Source: Candidatus Latescibacterota bacterium
GTDB lineage: Bacteria > Latescibacterota > UBA2968 > UBA8231
Reading direction: 5' to 3'
Length of the DNA stretch: 64,000 bases
Assembly (NCBI GenBank): GCA_965221775.1
Contig: CBDCSU010000004.1
Location: 832,001-896,000, forward strand
Part shown: positions 1-8,733 of the stretch, piece after piece
How positions within the stretch are numbered: position 1 is the stretch's first letter
How the letters are laid out: the number at the start of each line of letters is the position of its first letter
Notes under the pieces: generated by a model
What the model saw: only the letters and a program-made list of their open reading frames with translations
Databases searched by the model: none
Told to the model about the DNA's origin: nothing
Translations under genes and position numbers: made by a program

Positions 1-536
1 ACCGCCGGAACTCCCGCCTGGCCGTCCAACAGTACCATGCGCCCGGTCCGGGTGTCGTCACCGGCGCGCAGGCGGTAGAGGTAGACCCCGGCTGCCGCCG
101 CCCGGCCCACCGCGTCCGTGCCGTGCCAGCGCGCGGAGTGGTATCCCGCCGGTTGCGGGCCGTCCACGAGCGTGGCAATGCGCTGACCCAGCAGGTTGAA
201 GACCTCCAGCCGCACGTGGGCCGCGGTTGGCAGCTCGTACGGGATGATCGTGGCGGGGTTGAAGGGATTGGGGTAGTTCGGCCCCAGGTGGAGGTGTTGA
301 GGCAGCGTGCGGGCACCGGAGGACAGGGCCCCGGCGGGGAGGGTGAAGCGGCCGGATGCGTCGGTGGTTGCCCTGGCCGGAGGAGCCCGCAGATCGGCCA
401 GGTCGAAGAGGAGCACCCGGGCGCCGGCGGCGGGCTCTCCGGAGGCCAGCCGCACCCGGCCCTCGAGGACGGGCTCGGCGCCGGCTTGGGAAGACAGCAG
501 GGCCGCTGCCAGGAAACCGGCGAGTGTGCAACGCAT
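1..536 (-). CDS. Secreted protein with N-terminal carboxypeptidase-regulatory-like domain followed by a FlgD-Ig domain (partial, runs off the left edge)
   Basis: Not in the ORF track; read by hand from ATG at 536 after a GGAGG SD: MRCTLAGFLAAALLSSQAGA-EPVLEGRVRLASGEPAAGARVLLFD...ATTDASGRFTL...LGPNYPNPFNPATIIPYELPTAAHVRLEVFNLLGQRIATLVDG...WHGTDAVGRAAAAGVYLYRL. The frame stays open to base 1. Confidence 0.85.
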   Translation of the reverse strand, partial: MRCTLAGFLAAALLSSQAGAEPVLEGRVRLASGEPAAGARVLLFDLADLRAPPARATTDASGRFTLPAGALSSGARTLPQHLHLGPNYPNPFNPATIIPYELPTAAHVRLEVFNLLGQRIATLVDGPQPAGYHSARWHGTDAVGRAAAAGVYLYRLRAGDDTRTGRMVLLDGQAGVPA

Positions 537-732
537 GGCCTCCACTCCGTGGAAAGGACAGGGAGAACTAACACACCGGCTATCCAGGAATCCAAAGGGA
601 TGGAAGGGGCTCCCTTGCAGACCATACCGGCATGGGTGCGTCGCCATAGCGTCCACCAAGCGCTGACCTATCTTTCGCCGCCTTGAGCCCTCCCAGGCTC
701 CCGAGCATCTCCTCCCATCTCCTCAGCTGATC

Positions 733-792
733 ATGATTCGACTCGAGACAGACCGACTGGCGGCCGAGATCCCGGCCGCCCCGCTCCCATGA
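733..792 (+). pseudogene. 19-codon minigene, possible collapsed RimJ/RimL-type GNAT acetyltransferase
   Basis: MIRLETDRLAAEIPAAPLP*. The LETDRL start resembles Acetyltransf_3 N-termini, and the stop overlaps the next ATG (ATGA at 789-792). Confidence 0.35.
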
Positions 793-2372
793 CCGGCGCC
801 GAGAGCGTCGTCCAGGCGCTGACCGCCGCCGGCGTCCGCCATCTCTTCGCCCTCTCCGGCAACCAGAACCTGCCGGTCTTCGACGCCTGCATCGGCAGCG
901 GCCTCCGGCTCATCCACACCCGCCACGAGGCCGCGGCGGTGCACATGGCCGACGGCTGGGGCCGCCTCACGGGCGAGCCGGGGGTGGCCCTGCTCACCGC
1001 GGGGCCCGGCCACTCCAACGGCGTCACCGGTCTCTTCGTGGCCCGGGCCGCCGAATCCCCCCTGGTGATGATCAGCGGCCACAGTCCGCTCGCGCAGGCG
1101 GGCATGGGGGCCTTCCAGGAGCTGGACCAGGCGGCCATGGCGGCGCCCGCGGCCAAGTGGTCCCACACGGCCGACGGGTCCGAGCCGCTGGCGGATCTCG
1201 TCGCCCGGGGGCTGCGGACGGCGGTCAGCGGCCGCCCCGGTCCCGTGCACCTCAGCCTGCCCATGGACCTGCTGCAGGCAGAGACGGAGGCGCGCTCGCC
1301 CTCGACGGCGGAGATCCTGCCCGACGAGGGACCACTGCTGAGCGAGGGCGAGGCCGGAGACATCCTCGACCGCCTGCAGAGCGCCGCCCGTCCCCTGATC
1401 CTGGCCGGCCCCGCCATGTCGCGCGGCCCCCGCTGGCAGGCGGTGCAGGGCCTGCAGTCGGCCACCGGCGTGCCGGCCCTCCCGTGCGAGAGTCCCCGCG
1501 GGGTCGACGACCCCTGGCTTCGCGGCACCACCCGACGCCTGGCCGAGGCTGATCTCCTGCTGCTCATCGGCAAGAGGCTGGACTTCTCCCTCCGTTTCGG
1601 TGAGCCTCCGGCCTTCTCCGAGTCCGCCCGCTTCCTCTCGGTCGACGCCGAAGAAGCTCTGGACCCCTCCCGCCTGGAGGGCTGCTTCCGCGCCGACCCA
1701 ACCGAGGCCGCAGCCACCCTCACCGACGCCGCGGCGCAGCGGAACTGGGAAGCCAGCCCCTGGGGACGGCAGGTCCGGGAGGCGCGCGCCGAGCCGCCGG
1801 AGTGGCGGGCCCACCGCGCCAGCGGCGCATCACCGATCCACCCGCTGGCGCTCTGCGAGCGGCTGCAGCCCTTCCTGGACCAGGACGGCGTCTTCGTCTG
1901 CGACGGCGGCGAGTTCGGCCAGTGGATGCAGGCGGGGCTCAGCGCCGGGCTGCGGCTGATCAACGGCCCCTCCGGCTCCATCGGCAGCTCCCTGCCCATG
2001 GGCATGGCCGCCAAGGTGCTCCACCCGGATCGCCCGGTCTTCGTCTTCCAGGGGGACGGCACCTTCGGCTTCCACGCCATGGAGATCGACACCTGCCTGC
2101 GCTACGGCCTGCCCGTGGTCGTCATCGTCGGCAACGACGCCCGCTGGAACGCCGAGGTGCAGCTGCAGATCCGCCAGTACGGACCGGACCGCACCATCGG
2201 CTGCGACCTCCTGCCGACCCGCTACGACCGCGTCGCCGAGGCCCTGGGCGGGTTCGGTGAGAGGGTGGAGGCTCCCGGCGAGCTGGCGCCGGCGGTGGAA
2301 CGGGCCCTGGCCAGCGGACTTCCCGCGGTGATCGACGCCACCGTCGATGGCCTGCCGGCCCCGGTGTTCTGA
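789..2372 (+). CDS. Thiamine pyrophosphate-binding enzyme (acetolactate synthase / 2-hydroxyacyl-CoA lyase-like)
   Basis: HTRHEAAAVHMADGWGR, TAGPGHSN and GAFQELDQ motifs; TPP motif GDGTFGF...GNDARW; 527 aa. Confidence 0.92.
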   Translation: MTGAESVVQALTAAGVRHLFALSGNQNLPVFDACIGSGLRLIHTRHEAAAVHMADGWGRLTGEPGVALLTAGPGHSNGVTGLFVARAAESPLVMISGHSPLAQAGMGAFQELDQAAMAAPAAKWSHTADGSEPLADLVARGLRTAVSGRPGPVHLSLPMDLLQAETEARSPSTAEILPDEGPLLSEGEAGDILDRLQSAARPLILAGPAMSRGPRWQAVQGLQSATGVPALPCESPRGVDDPWLRGTTRRLAEADLLLLIGKRLDFSLRFGEPPAFSESARFLSVDAEEALDPSRLEGCFRADPTEAAATLTDAAAQRNWEASPWGRQVREARAEPPEWRAHRASGASPIHPLALCERLQPFLDQDGVFVCDGGEFGQWMQAGLSAGLRLINGPSGSIGSSLPMGMAAKVLHPDRPVFVFQGDGTFGFHAMEIDTCLRYGLPVVVIVGNDARWNAEVQLQIRQYGPDRTIGCDLLPTRYDRVAEALGGFGERVEAPGELAPAVERALASGLPAVIDATVDGLPAPVF

Positions 2373-2420
2373 GTCGCCGTGGCCGGCTGAGGTCTCGACA
2401 TTTGCGCCAAGGAGGATGAG

Positions 2421-2666
2421 ATGGAACTCTACCAATTGGACTACCTCCTTCACGAACCCTGTGAGGATCAGGGGGGGCTCTATATGGCCGAGGTACCGGA
2501 ACTGCCCGGCTGCCGGGCGTGGGCGGAGACGGCCAACGCCGCCCTGGCTGAACTGTCCATCGTGGCGGAGCAGTTCCTTCTTTCCTACAAGGACAGGGGA
2601 AAACCCTTGCCTGCGGGGATAGCCCGGTCCCTGACCGGAGAGGGCAGGATCTCCGTGGCTGTATGA
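2421..2666 (+). CDS. hicB: HicB family antitoxin (short form, no obvious DNA-binding domain)
   Basis: GGLYMAEVPELPGCRAWAET...GKPLP; AGGAGG SD; ATGA overlap with hicA. Confidence 0.88.
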   Translation: MELYQLDYLLHEPCEDQGGLYMAEVPELPGCRAWAETANAALAELSIVAEQFLLSYKDRGKPLPAGIARSLTGEGRISVAV

Positions 2667-2872
2667 CGTATCGTGAACTGATCCGGAAGCTCCGGAGACT
2701 GGAGTGCGTCTTCGACCGCCAGGCGGGAGGTTCGCACGAAATCTGGATCAACCCAGCCAACAACCGGGAAACCACCGTTCCAAGACACGGTAACTGGGAC
2801 CTGGCCACGGGAACTGTCCACGGAATCCGAAGAGACCTGGGGATCAGCCGGCAGGACTTCGACCAAGCTTGA
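2663..2872 (+). CDS. hicA: HicA family mRNA interferase toxin
   Basis: MTYRELIRKLRRL...GGSHEIW.NP...TTVPRH...GTVHGIRRDLGI; 69 aa. Confidence 0.92.
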   Translation: MTYRELIRKLRRLECVFDRQAGGSHEIWINPANNRETTVPRHGNWDLATGTVHGIRRDLGISRQDFDQA

Positions 2873-2903
2873 GCAGACCCGGCAGGCAGATACCGTCAGC
2901 CCC

Positions 2904-3995
2904 ATGAAGCCGACCCGAGTCGCCCTGGCCGGCTGCGGGAGCATCTCCGTCGGCGCGCATCTGCCCGCCTGCCGGTCCGCGGCGGAAGCCGGACTATGCG
3001 AGCTGGTGGGTGTATGCGACATCCTCCCCGAGCGGGCGCAGTCGGTGTCGAGCGAGTACGGCGCACCCGGCTTCAGGACATTGACGGAGATGCTGGACGA
3101 GACGCGGCCCGAAGTCCTGAGCATCACCACATTTCCCGACTCTCATATGGAACTGGCACTTCAGGCCTTCAACGCCGGATGTCATGTCCTGTGTGAGAAG
3201 CCGGTGGCCATGAATGCCGGGGAAGCGGCGCAGATGGTGAGGGCCGCGGAGGACGCCGGCCGCCTCTTGAGCGTCTGCTTCCAGTACCGCCACTGGGACG
3301 AGTCGGTCTGGCTCAAGGAGCGCATCGCCGGCGGCGACCTGGGTCACGTCCACTCGATCCGCACCTGGGGCGGCGGCGTGCACGGCTTCGCCACCAACCC
3401 CGACTATCACCGCATGGCCAGGGCCGGAGGCGGCATACTCGCCCACTGGACGATCCACAACCTCGATCTGGCCCTCTGGCTGCTGGACCACCCGGAGCCC
3501 GTCACGGCCAGCGCCTTCTGCCATCAGCGGCTGCGCACCGCCCCCGAGGCGCTCGGGCCTTCCCTCGACGTCATCGACGTGGACACCGTGGAGCCGGAGA
3601 TCGAGGACTTCGCCCTCGCCTTCGTGCGGCTGCGGGGCGGCGCCGTGATCACCGTCGAGGCGGACTGGCTGCAGCCGCCCTCGGAGCGCCACGAAGGGTG
3701 GGAGATCCTCGGCGAGCGCGGCGCGGCCTCCCTGTCGCCTCTCCGCTTCCGCATCGTGAAGGACGGCTCCTGGATCGACGCCGAACCTCCACCCGGCGCG
3801 CTGGCCCCCGGCGGCTACGGCATGGAGCGGCTGTACACGGCGTTCCTGAAGGCGGTGCGCACCGGCGGTCCCTCACCGGTACCGGGCCCGGAGATCGTCC
3901 GCATCCAGCGCCTGATGGACGCCCTCTACGACTCCGCCGCCCGGGAGCGGGAGGTCCCCGTGCGGACACCGAACCACGAAGGAGGCCGGGAATGA
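2904..3995 (+). CDS. Gfo/Idh/MocA family oxidoreductase
   Basis: AGCGSIS, HVLCEKPVA and GGGILAHWTIHNLD motifs. Confidence 0.92.
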   Translation: MKPTRVALAGCGSISVGAHLPACRSAAEAGLCELVGVCDILPERAQSVSSEYGAPGFRTLTEMLDETRPEVLSITTFPDSHMELALQAFNAGCHVLCEKPVAMNAGEAAQMVRAAEDAGRLLSVCFQYRHWDESVWLKERIAGGDLGHVHSIRTWGGGVHGFATNPDYHRMARAGGGILAHWTIHNLDLALWLLDHPEPVTASAFCHQRLRTAPEALGPSLDVIDVDTVEPEIEDFALAFVRLRGGAVITVEADWLQPPSERHEGWEILGERGAASLSPLRFRIVKDGSWIDAEPPPGALAPGGYGMERLYTAFLKAVRTGGPSPVPGPEIVRIQRLMDALYDSAAREREVPVRTPNHEGGRE

Positions 3996-4603
3996 GTCTG
4001 ATCTACATCGAGTACTTCAGCCGCCGCCCCGGGGTCGACCTGGACGCCTTCCGGGCGGGGGTCGCCGAGGGCCAGCAGGGATGGGACAGCGGCTACGACG
4101 CCGACCGCCTCGTGCTCAACGCCGGGCGCACCTGGCGGCTCGGGCCCGAGCCCGAGTACTTCGCCGCCTGGCACTGCCCGCGCTCCGGCTTCGACCGCCT
4201 CGACGACTGGGACCGCATCTTCCGCGGCGGCGAGGCCGACCACCTGGAGGGCGCCTTCTTCCGGGTGGCCCGCATCGACGTGGCCGGCTGCTACTCGCCC
4301 CTCATCGAGCCGGTCCACACCCGCGACGGCACCTACTATGTCGAGTTCTTCCGCCCCCGCGCTGATGGAGAGACGATCTCCGCCTTCTACGAGGAGCGCA
4401 CCCGCAGGCATCCCCGCCTGCGGCTGAACCTGCTTCTGCAGCGCATCGGCAAGCTCGCCCCCGAGCCGGGCGGGATCGCCGTGTGGGTGCTGCCGGAGTT
4501 CGCCGCCCTGGAGGAGATCGCGCGTGATCTCGACCGAACGGATGAGCCGGTGGAGCTGGTAACGGCCGGGACCTACGCCGACTTCGGGCGGGAGATTCTC
4601 TGA
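3992..4603 (+). CDS. Hypothetical protein, possibly two dimeric alpha+beta barrel-like half-domains
   Basis: ATG at 3992 after GGAGG overlaps the upstream stop; MSLIYIEYFSRRPGVD...; host-like codon bias. Confidence 0.8.
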   Translation: MSLIYIEYFSRRPGVDLDAFRAGVAEGQQGWDSGYDADRLVLNAGRTWRLGPEPEYFAAWHCPRSGFDRLDDWDRIFRGGEADHLEGAFFRVARIDVAGCYSPLIEPVHTRDGTYYVEFFRPRADGETISAFYEERTRRHPRLRLNLLLQRIGKLAPEPGGIAVWVLPEFAALEEIARDLDRTDEPVELVTAGTYADFGREIL

Positions 4604-4622
4604 ACGGCCTGGAGGTTCCCGC

Positions 4623-5846
4623 TCACAGAACCTTCCACCAGGGCGCGGCGAGCACGTCGGGGGCGATCCAGTCCAGCAACTCACCGTCGTGCAGCAGCAG
4701 ACCGGCCCGCGAGCGCTCCCCGTACTCGGCCCGGAAGGTGCGCAGGTGGGCCGTGTCCCGGAGGCGGGGCCGCGCCGTCGCCTTCACCTCGATGGGCAGC
4801 AGGCGGTCTCCCACCTCGATGACGAAGTCCACTTCCTCGCCGATGGTGGTCCGCCAGTAGAAGACCTCGGCGCCGTCCAGACGCGTATCCCGCCAGGCCA
4901 GCAGGTCGTTGAGAACCAGGTTCTCCAGGTGCGCGCCCCGGGGCCCGGCCTCCAGGCTCAGGTGCTGGGCCACGCCGGTGTCGCCCCAGTAGACCTTGGG
5001 TGACTTGATGAGCCGCTTGGTGCGGTTCACCGCGTAGGCGGGAAGGCGCACCAGCAGATACGAGGTCTCCAGCAGGTTGAGGTAGCGGTGCACCGTCGGC
5101 TGCGGCAGAGCCACGTCGCGGCCCAGCTCGCTCTGGTTGAGCAGTTGGCCCAGGCGCAGGCAGGCGGCCCTCATGACCCTGCGGAAGTCGGGCAGGGCCG
5201 AGATGGAGGAGAGAGCCTGCAGGTCCCGCTCCAGGTAGGTGCGCACGTAGCCGTCGAACCAGATCGCCCTTTCCCGGTCCGACTCCAGATGCAGCGCCGG
5301 GGAGGGGAAGCCGCCGCGCCGCGCCAGGGACCGCCAGTCCTCCGGCTGTCCGGGCTCGGCGGCCACCAGCTCGGGCCAGTCCTCGTCCCGGGCCTGGAGC
5401 AGCTCCTCCCAGAGGCCGCCGCGCCCCAGTCCCTGCTGCTCCCGCCGGGTCATGGGCCAGAGGGTCAGGTAGCTGGCCCGCCCGGCGAGGGACTCGGAGA
5501 CCTGGCGCATGAGAAGCAGGTTGGCCGACCCCGTGAGCAGGAACCTCCCCGGCCGGCGCTGTCGATCGATGGCCCGTTTCACCGCGCGCAGCAGGTCCGG
5601 CTCGCGCTGCACCTCGTCGATGGTCACCGGCTGGTGGCCTCCCAGGAGCGCTTCGGGGTCGCGGCGGGCCTGCTCCTGGGGATCGAGATCGTCCAGGGAG
5701 AAGAACCGGCGCTTTCCCGGAGTCAACTCCTGCGCCAGGGTGCTCTTCCCCGTCTGCCGGGCCCCCGTGACCACAACGGCCGGCATGACTCGGAGTCGTT
5801 CTTCCAGGCTGGCCAGGACCAGTCTTGGCAATGAGATCGAATTCAC
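4623..5846 (-). CDS. AAA_14 ATPase with wHTH and DUF4143 (PD-(D/E)xK-like C-terminus)
   Basis: Walker A GARQTGKST; IDEVQR; LTGSA; ESLAGR; HTH-like LNQSELGRDVALPQPTVHRYLNLLE; EVDFVIE...PIEVK. Confidence 0.93.
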   Translation of the reverse strand: MNSISLPRLVLASLEERLRVMPAVVVTGARQTGKSTLAQELTPGKRRFFSLDDLDPQEQARRDPEALLGGHQPVTIDEVQREPDLLRAVKRAIDRQRRPGRFLLTGSANLLLMRQVSESLAGRASYLTLWPMTRREQQGLGRGGLWEELLQARDEDWPELVAAEPGQPEDWRSLARRGGFPSPALHLESDRERAIWFDGYVRTYLERDLQALSSISALPDFRRVMRAACLRLGQLLNQSELGRDVALPQPTVHRYLNLLETSYLLVRLPAYAVNRTKRLIKSPKVYWGDTGVAQHLSLEAGPRGAHLENLVLNDLLAWRDTRLDGAEVFYWRTTIGEEVDFVIEVGDRLLPIEVKATARPRLRDTAHLRTFRAEYGERSRAGLLLHDGELLDWIAPDVLAAPWWKVL

Positions 5847-5882
5847 GGCGTGAATGATATCTATTCACGCCGTGAATAGCAA
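5841..5882 (-). promoter_or_regulatory. Sigma70-type promoter, probably leaderless, with two palindromic operators upstream of the AAA-DUF4143 gene
   Basis: Minus strand TTGCTA (5877-5882), 17 nt, TATCAT (5854-5859), 7 nt, GTG start (5846). ATTCAC-N3-GTGAAT occurs at 5841-5855 and 5863-5877. Confidence 0.75.
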
Positions 5883-5909
5883 CGTCTTCAGGCCCAGGGC
5901 ACGTCCCAC

Positions 5910-6004
5910 GCCGGCCGATGCACGCGCACGGGGGCGGGTACTCTGGGCGTCGTCTCTGCCGACGCCACGGGCCGGCCGATGCACGCGCGCGGGGTCGGGT
6001 AGTC
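5910..6004. repeat. Two 34-nt direct repeats separated by a 27-nt hairpin-forming spacer
   Basis: gccggccgatgcacgcgcacgggggcgggtactc (5910-5943) versus gccggccgatgcacgcgcgcggggtcgggtagtc (5971-6004), 31/34 identical. Confidence 0.7.
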
Positions 6005-6076
6005 GGCACGGGATCCGGGGGATGCGCGCAGGTCAACGCCCTGACGCCGGTACGCGCGCCCCCGAGAGCGGAGCCG

Positions 6077-6727
6077 TCAGCCAGTCGGATGCATCGGGAA
6101 CCAGGTCACCCGCGGCGGCCCGGTGGAGGTGCTGCGGCGCCGGTCCATCATCTCCCGGAGGGTATCCCGGGCGCCGCCGACGATGGCGTCGCCGTGCCCG
6201 GGCAGCAGGTGCTCGAAGTCGAGGTCCAGCAGGTGGGCCAGGCTCTCCCAGGGCCGGGGATGGCCGTTGGGATGGCCGCCGAGGGGGATGCCGCCGGGCG
6301 CCCACTTGGCGGTGGTGCCGAGGGCGTCGCCCACGAAGAGGCAGCCCCCGTGCCGCGGCGAGAGCAGGGCCTGCTCGCCGCGGGTGAGGCCGGGGACGCC
6401 GACGGCGCGCAGGCCGCAGGGCAGCTCGTCGCCGTCGCCGTACGGCTCCCAGCGGTCCAGGTCCTCCACCATGCAGGCGTCCTCGGCGGGCAGGTAGATC
6501 GGGGCCCCGGTGCGGGCGGCGAAGAGGCGGGCGGAGCGTTCGTGCCAGCCCACGGTGAGGACGATGGCGCGCACGTCCCCGGCCTCGGCGACCGGTTGCA
6601 GGGCGCTCCACTCCACCGGATCGACGAGGACGCTGCCGGCCTCCGTGCGCAGCCACCAGGACTCCAGGGACCACACGTCCGGCCAGACGACCCGCCAATG
6701 GAACAGGCCGGGCAGGACCTCCTTCAT
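6077..6727 (-). CDS. MBL-fold metallo-hydrolase
   Basis: MKEVLPGLFHW..., VLVDP, degenerate metal motif LTVGWHER, FVGDAL, LLPGHG. Confidence 0.8.
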   Translation of the reverse strand: MKEVLPGLFHWRVVWPDVWSLESWWLRTEAGSVLVDPVEWSALQPVAEAGDVRAIVLTVGWHERSARLFAARTGAPIYLPAEDACMVEDLDRWEPYGDGDELPCGLRAVGVPGLTRGEQALLSPRHGGCLFVGDALGTTAKWAPGGIPLGGHPNGHPRPWESLAHLLDLDFEHLLPGHGDAIVGGARDTLREMMDRRRSTSTGPPRVTWFPMHPTG

Positions 6728-6779
6728 CGCCTCGCCGCCGGTCAGCATGGCGAGAGCTGCCACCGCCGGCCGCGGATCC

Positions 6780-7979
6780 TCACGCCCTCTCCCCCGCCAA
6801 CTCCCCCAGCGCCCCGAGGAGCAGGTCGATCTCCTCCTCGAGGTGGAAGAAGCAGACGCTGGCGCGCAGGCCCTCCACGGTGTGGGGCAGCGGCTTGATG
6901 ACGATGTTCCAGCGCTCCTGCAGGGCCGCCGTCAGGGCCTCCCCCGTCCAGCCGCGCAGGCCGAAGCTGACCAGGGCCGCCGAGTCGTCCGCGCTGCGGG
7001 GCGTGAACAGCTCGGCGCCGTCGATGGCGGCGAGTCCCGCCTTCAGCCGGTCCGTCAGCTCGCGGATGCGCGACCAGACCGCCTGCGGTCCGATCTCCCG
7101 GAGCCAGTCGGCCGCCGCCGCCCAGGCGTGGACCAGCGGCCACGACCAGGGGCCGTATTGGAAACGCTGCGCCGTGTCGGGCAGCTCGAAGGTGTCGCTC
7201 TCGAAGTCGAGCCACTTCTCGGCGCGGCAGCCGGCGTAGGTGACCTCGATGTCGTGGAGCCGCTCGCGGCGGACCCACAGGGCGCCGGCGGCGTACGGCG
7301 AGAACATCCACTTGTAGGAGAGCAGGCCGGCGAAGTCGCAGCCGAGGTCGCGCAGCCGGTAGGGCACGGCGCCGCACGAGTGGGCCAGGTCAAGGAAGCT
7401 GGGGATGCCGCGCTCCCGGGCCAGATCGCACAGGGGCGCCGAAGGGAAGCGGAAGCCGAAGTCGGTGGTCACGTGGCTCAGGGCCATGAGCCGCGTCTTC
7501 GGCGTCAGGGCCGCGTCGGCGGCGGCCATCAGCTCCTCGCGGTCCTCGGCCAGGGGCAGCTTCACCACCTCGACGCCGAGGCGCTCCCGCAGGTGCAGGC
7601 TGGGCAGCAGCAGGGCCGCCTCCTCGTTGTCGGAGATGACGATGCGGTCGCCGGCCTCCCACGGCAGGCCGCGGAGCACCGTGTGGAAGGCCTCGCTGAC
7701 GCCGCGCATGACGGCCAGCTCGTCGGCGTCGACGTCGAAGTAGCGCGCCAGGCGCTCCATGGTGCGGCGGCGGCGGGGGTACTCCTCCTCGGGGTAGATG
7801 ATGTGCATCGGCCCGCGGGCCAGCAGCTCCTCCATGAGGCGCATGTGCTCGCGGGCCACCGGCTCCGGGGTGATGGAGACGCCGCCGTTCTGGAACCAGA
7901 CGTAGTTGCGCAGGGCCGGGAACTGGGCCCGCACCGCGCCCACGTCGACCGCGGCGGCGGCCTCGGCGGAGACGCTCAA
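6780..7979 (-). CDS. Class V PLP-dependent aminotransferase-fold enzyme (cysteine desulfurase / isopenicillin N epimerase-like)
   Basis: VRAQFPAL, LSHVTTDFG, DLAHSCG, PLP lysine in SYKWMFSP, LRASVCFF; the TTG start overlapping the upstream stop is inferred. Confidence 0.88.
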   Translation of the reverse strand: MSVSAEAAAAVDVGAVRAQFPALRNYVWFQNGGVSITPEPVAREHMRLMEELLARGPMHIIYPEEEYPRRRRTMERLARYFDVDADELAVMRGVSEAFHTVLRGLPWEAGDRIVISDNEEAALLLPSLHLRERLGVEVVKLPLAEDREELMAAADAALTPKTRLMALSHVTTDFGFRFPSAPLCDLARERGIPSFLDLAHSCGAVPYRLRDLGCDFAGLLSYKWMFSPYAAGALWVRRERLHDIEVTYAGCRAEKWLDFESDTFELPDTAQRFQYGPWSWPLVHAWAAAADWLREIGPQAVWSRIRELTDRLKAGLAAIDGAELFTPRSADDSAALVSFGLRGWTGEALTAALQERWNIVIKPLPHTVEGLRASVCFFHLEEEIDLLLGALGELAGERA

Positions 7980-8731
7980 GAGTCCAGGCCCCAGAGCCGG
8001 CGGCGCTCCTCGGGCCAGTCCCGCCACTCGGGGTGGAGCTGCATCACCGCCTTCACGTCGCGCTTGCGGCCCCCCGGCGGGAAGTAGTTCCAGCCCATGG
8101 CGCGCCGCGGACCGGCGCCGGTCTTGAGGCCGGTGGCGTGCCAGCAGGAGGGCGTCCAGATCAGGGTCCAGCGGGGGTCGAGGATGACCTCCACCTCCTC
8201 GGGATGGCGGGCGTAGCAGTGCTCGGGGGGCTCCTCGTGGGTGCCGGTGGCCAGCTCGATCTGCATCAGCTCGGCCTCCACCTCCTCGCGGGAGCGGTGG
8301 TGGCTGCCGGGCAGCACCCGCAGGGGCGCGTTGCTGGTGTCGTGGCGGTCGAGGGCGGTGCGGAAGGAGACCTGGCGCACCTCGGGCCCGCCGTCGACGT
8401 GCCAGTAGACCTGCCGGATCGACCGCCCCTGGGAGGCATCGCCGATGCCGCAGGCGCCGACGTGCACGTCCTCGGCGCCGAGGATGCGCCGCGCCGCCTC
8501 CACCAGGATCGGGCTCTCCACCATCTTCAGCAGGGGCTCGCCGATCATCAGGAACTGGCAGGCCAGGCGGTTGCAGCCCGGGAACTCGGTCTGCTCCCAC
8601 ACCGGCTCCACCTCCTGCTGGCGCGCGTCGACCTCGCGCATCCCTTCGGCGCCGAGGGGATTGGGGACGAAGAAGAAGCCCTTGCTCTCGAAGTGGTCCA
8701 GCTGCGCGTCGGTGATGCCGATGGCCGCCAT
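7976..8731 (-). CDS. Phytanoyl-CoA dioxygenase (PhyH) family 2OG-Fe(II) oxygenase
   Basis: ITDAQLDHFESKGFF, WHVD (HxD), NAPLRVLPGSH, CWHAT...RRA. Confidence 0.88.
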   Translation of the reverse strand: MAAIGITDAQLDHFESKGFFFVPNPLGAEGMREVDARQQEVEPVWEQTEFPGCNRLACQFLMIGEPLLKMVESPILVEAARRILGAEDVHVGACGIGDASQGRSIRQVYWHVDGGPEVRQVSFRTALDRHDTSNAPLRVLPGSHHRSREEVEAELMQIELATGTHEEPPEHCYARHPEEVEVILDPRWTLIWTPSCWHATGLKTGAGPRRAMGWNYFPPGGRKRDVKAVMQLHPEWRDWPEERRRLWGLDS

Positions 8732-8733
8732 GC

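Noticed and set aside
5910-6004. CRISPR array
   Set aside because: Only two repeats and no cas genes in the window; kept only as a direct repeat.
6780-8731. Beta-lactam biosynthesis (IPN epimerase-like, 2OG oxygenase, plus the C45 acyltransferase at 51765)
   Set aside because: No NRPS or IPN synthase, the C45 gene is over 40 kb away, and these families are generic.
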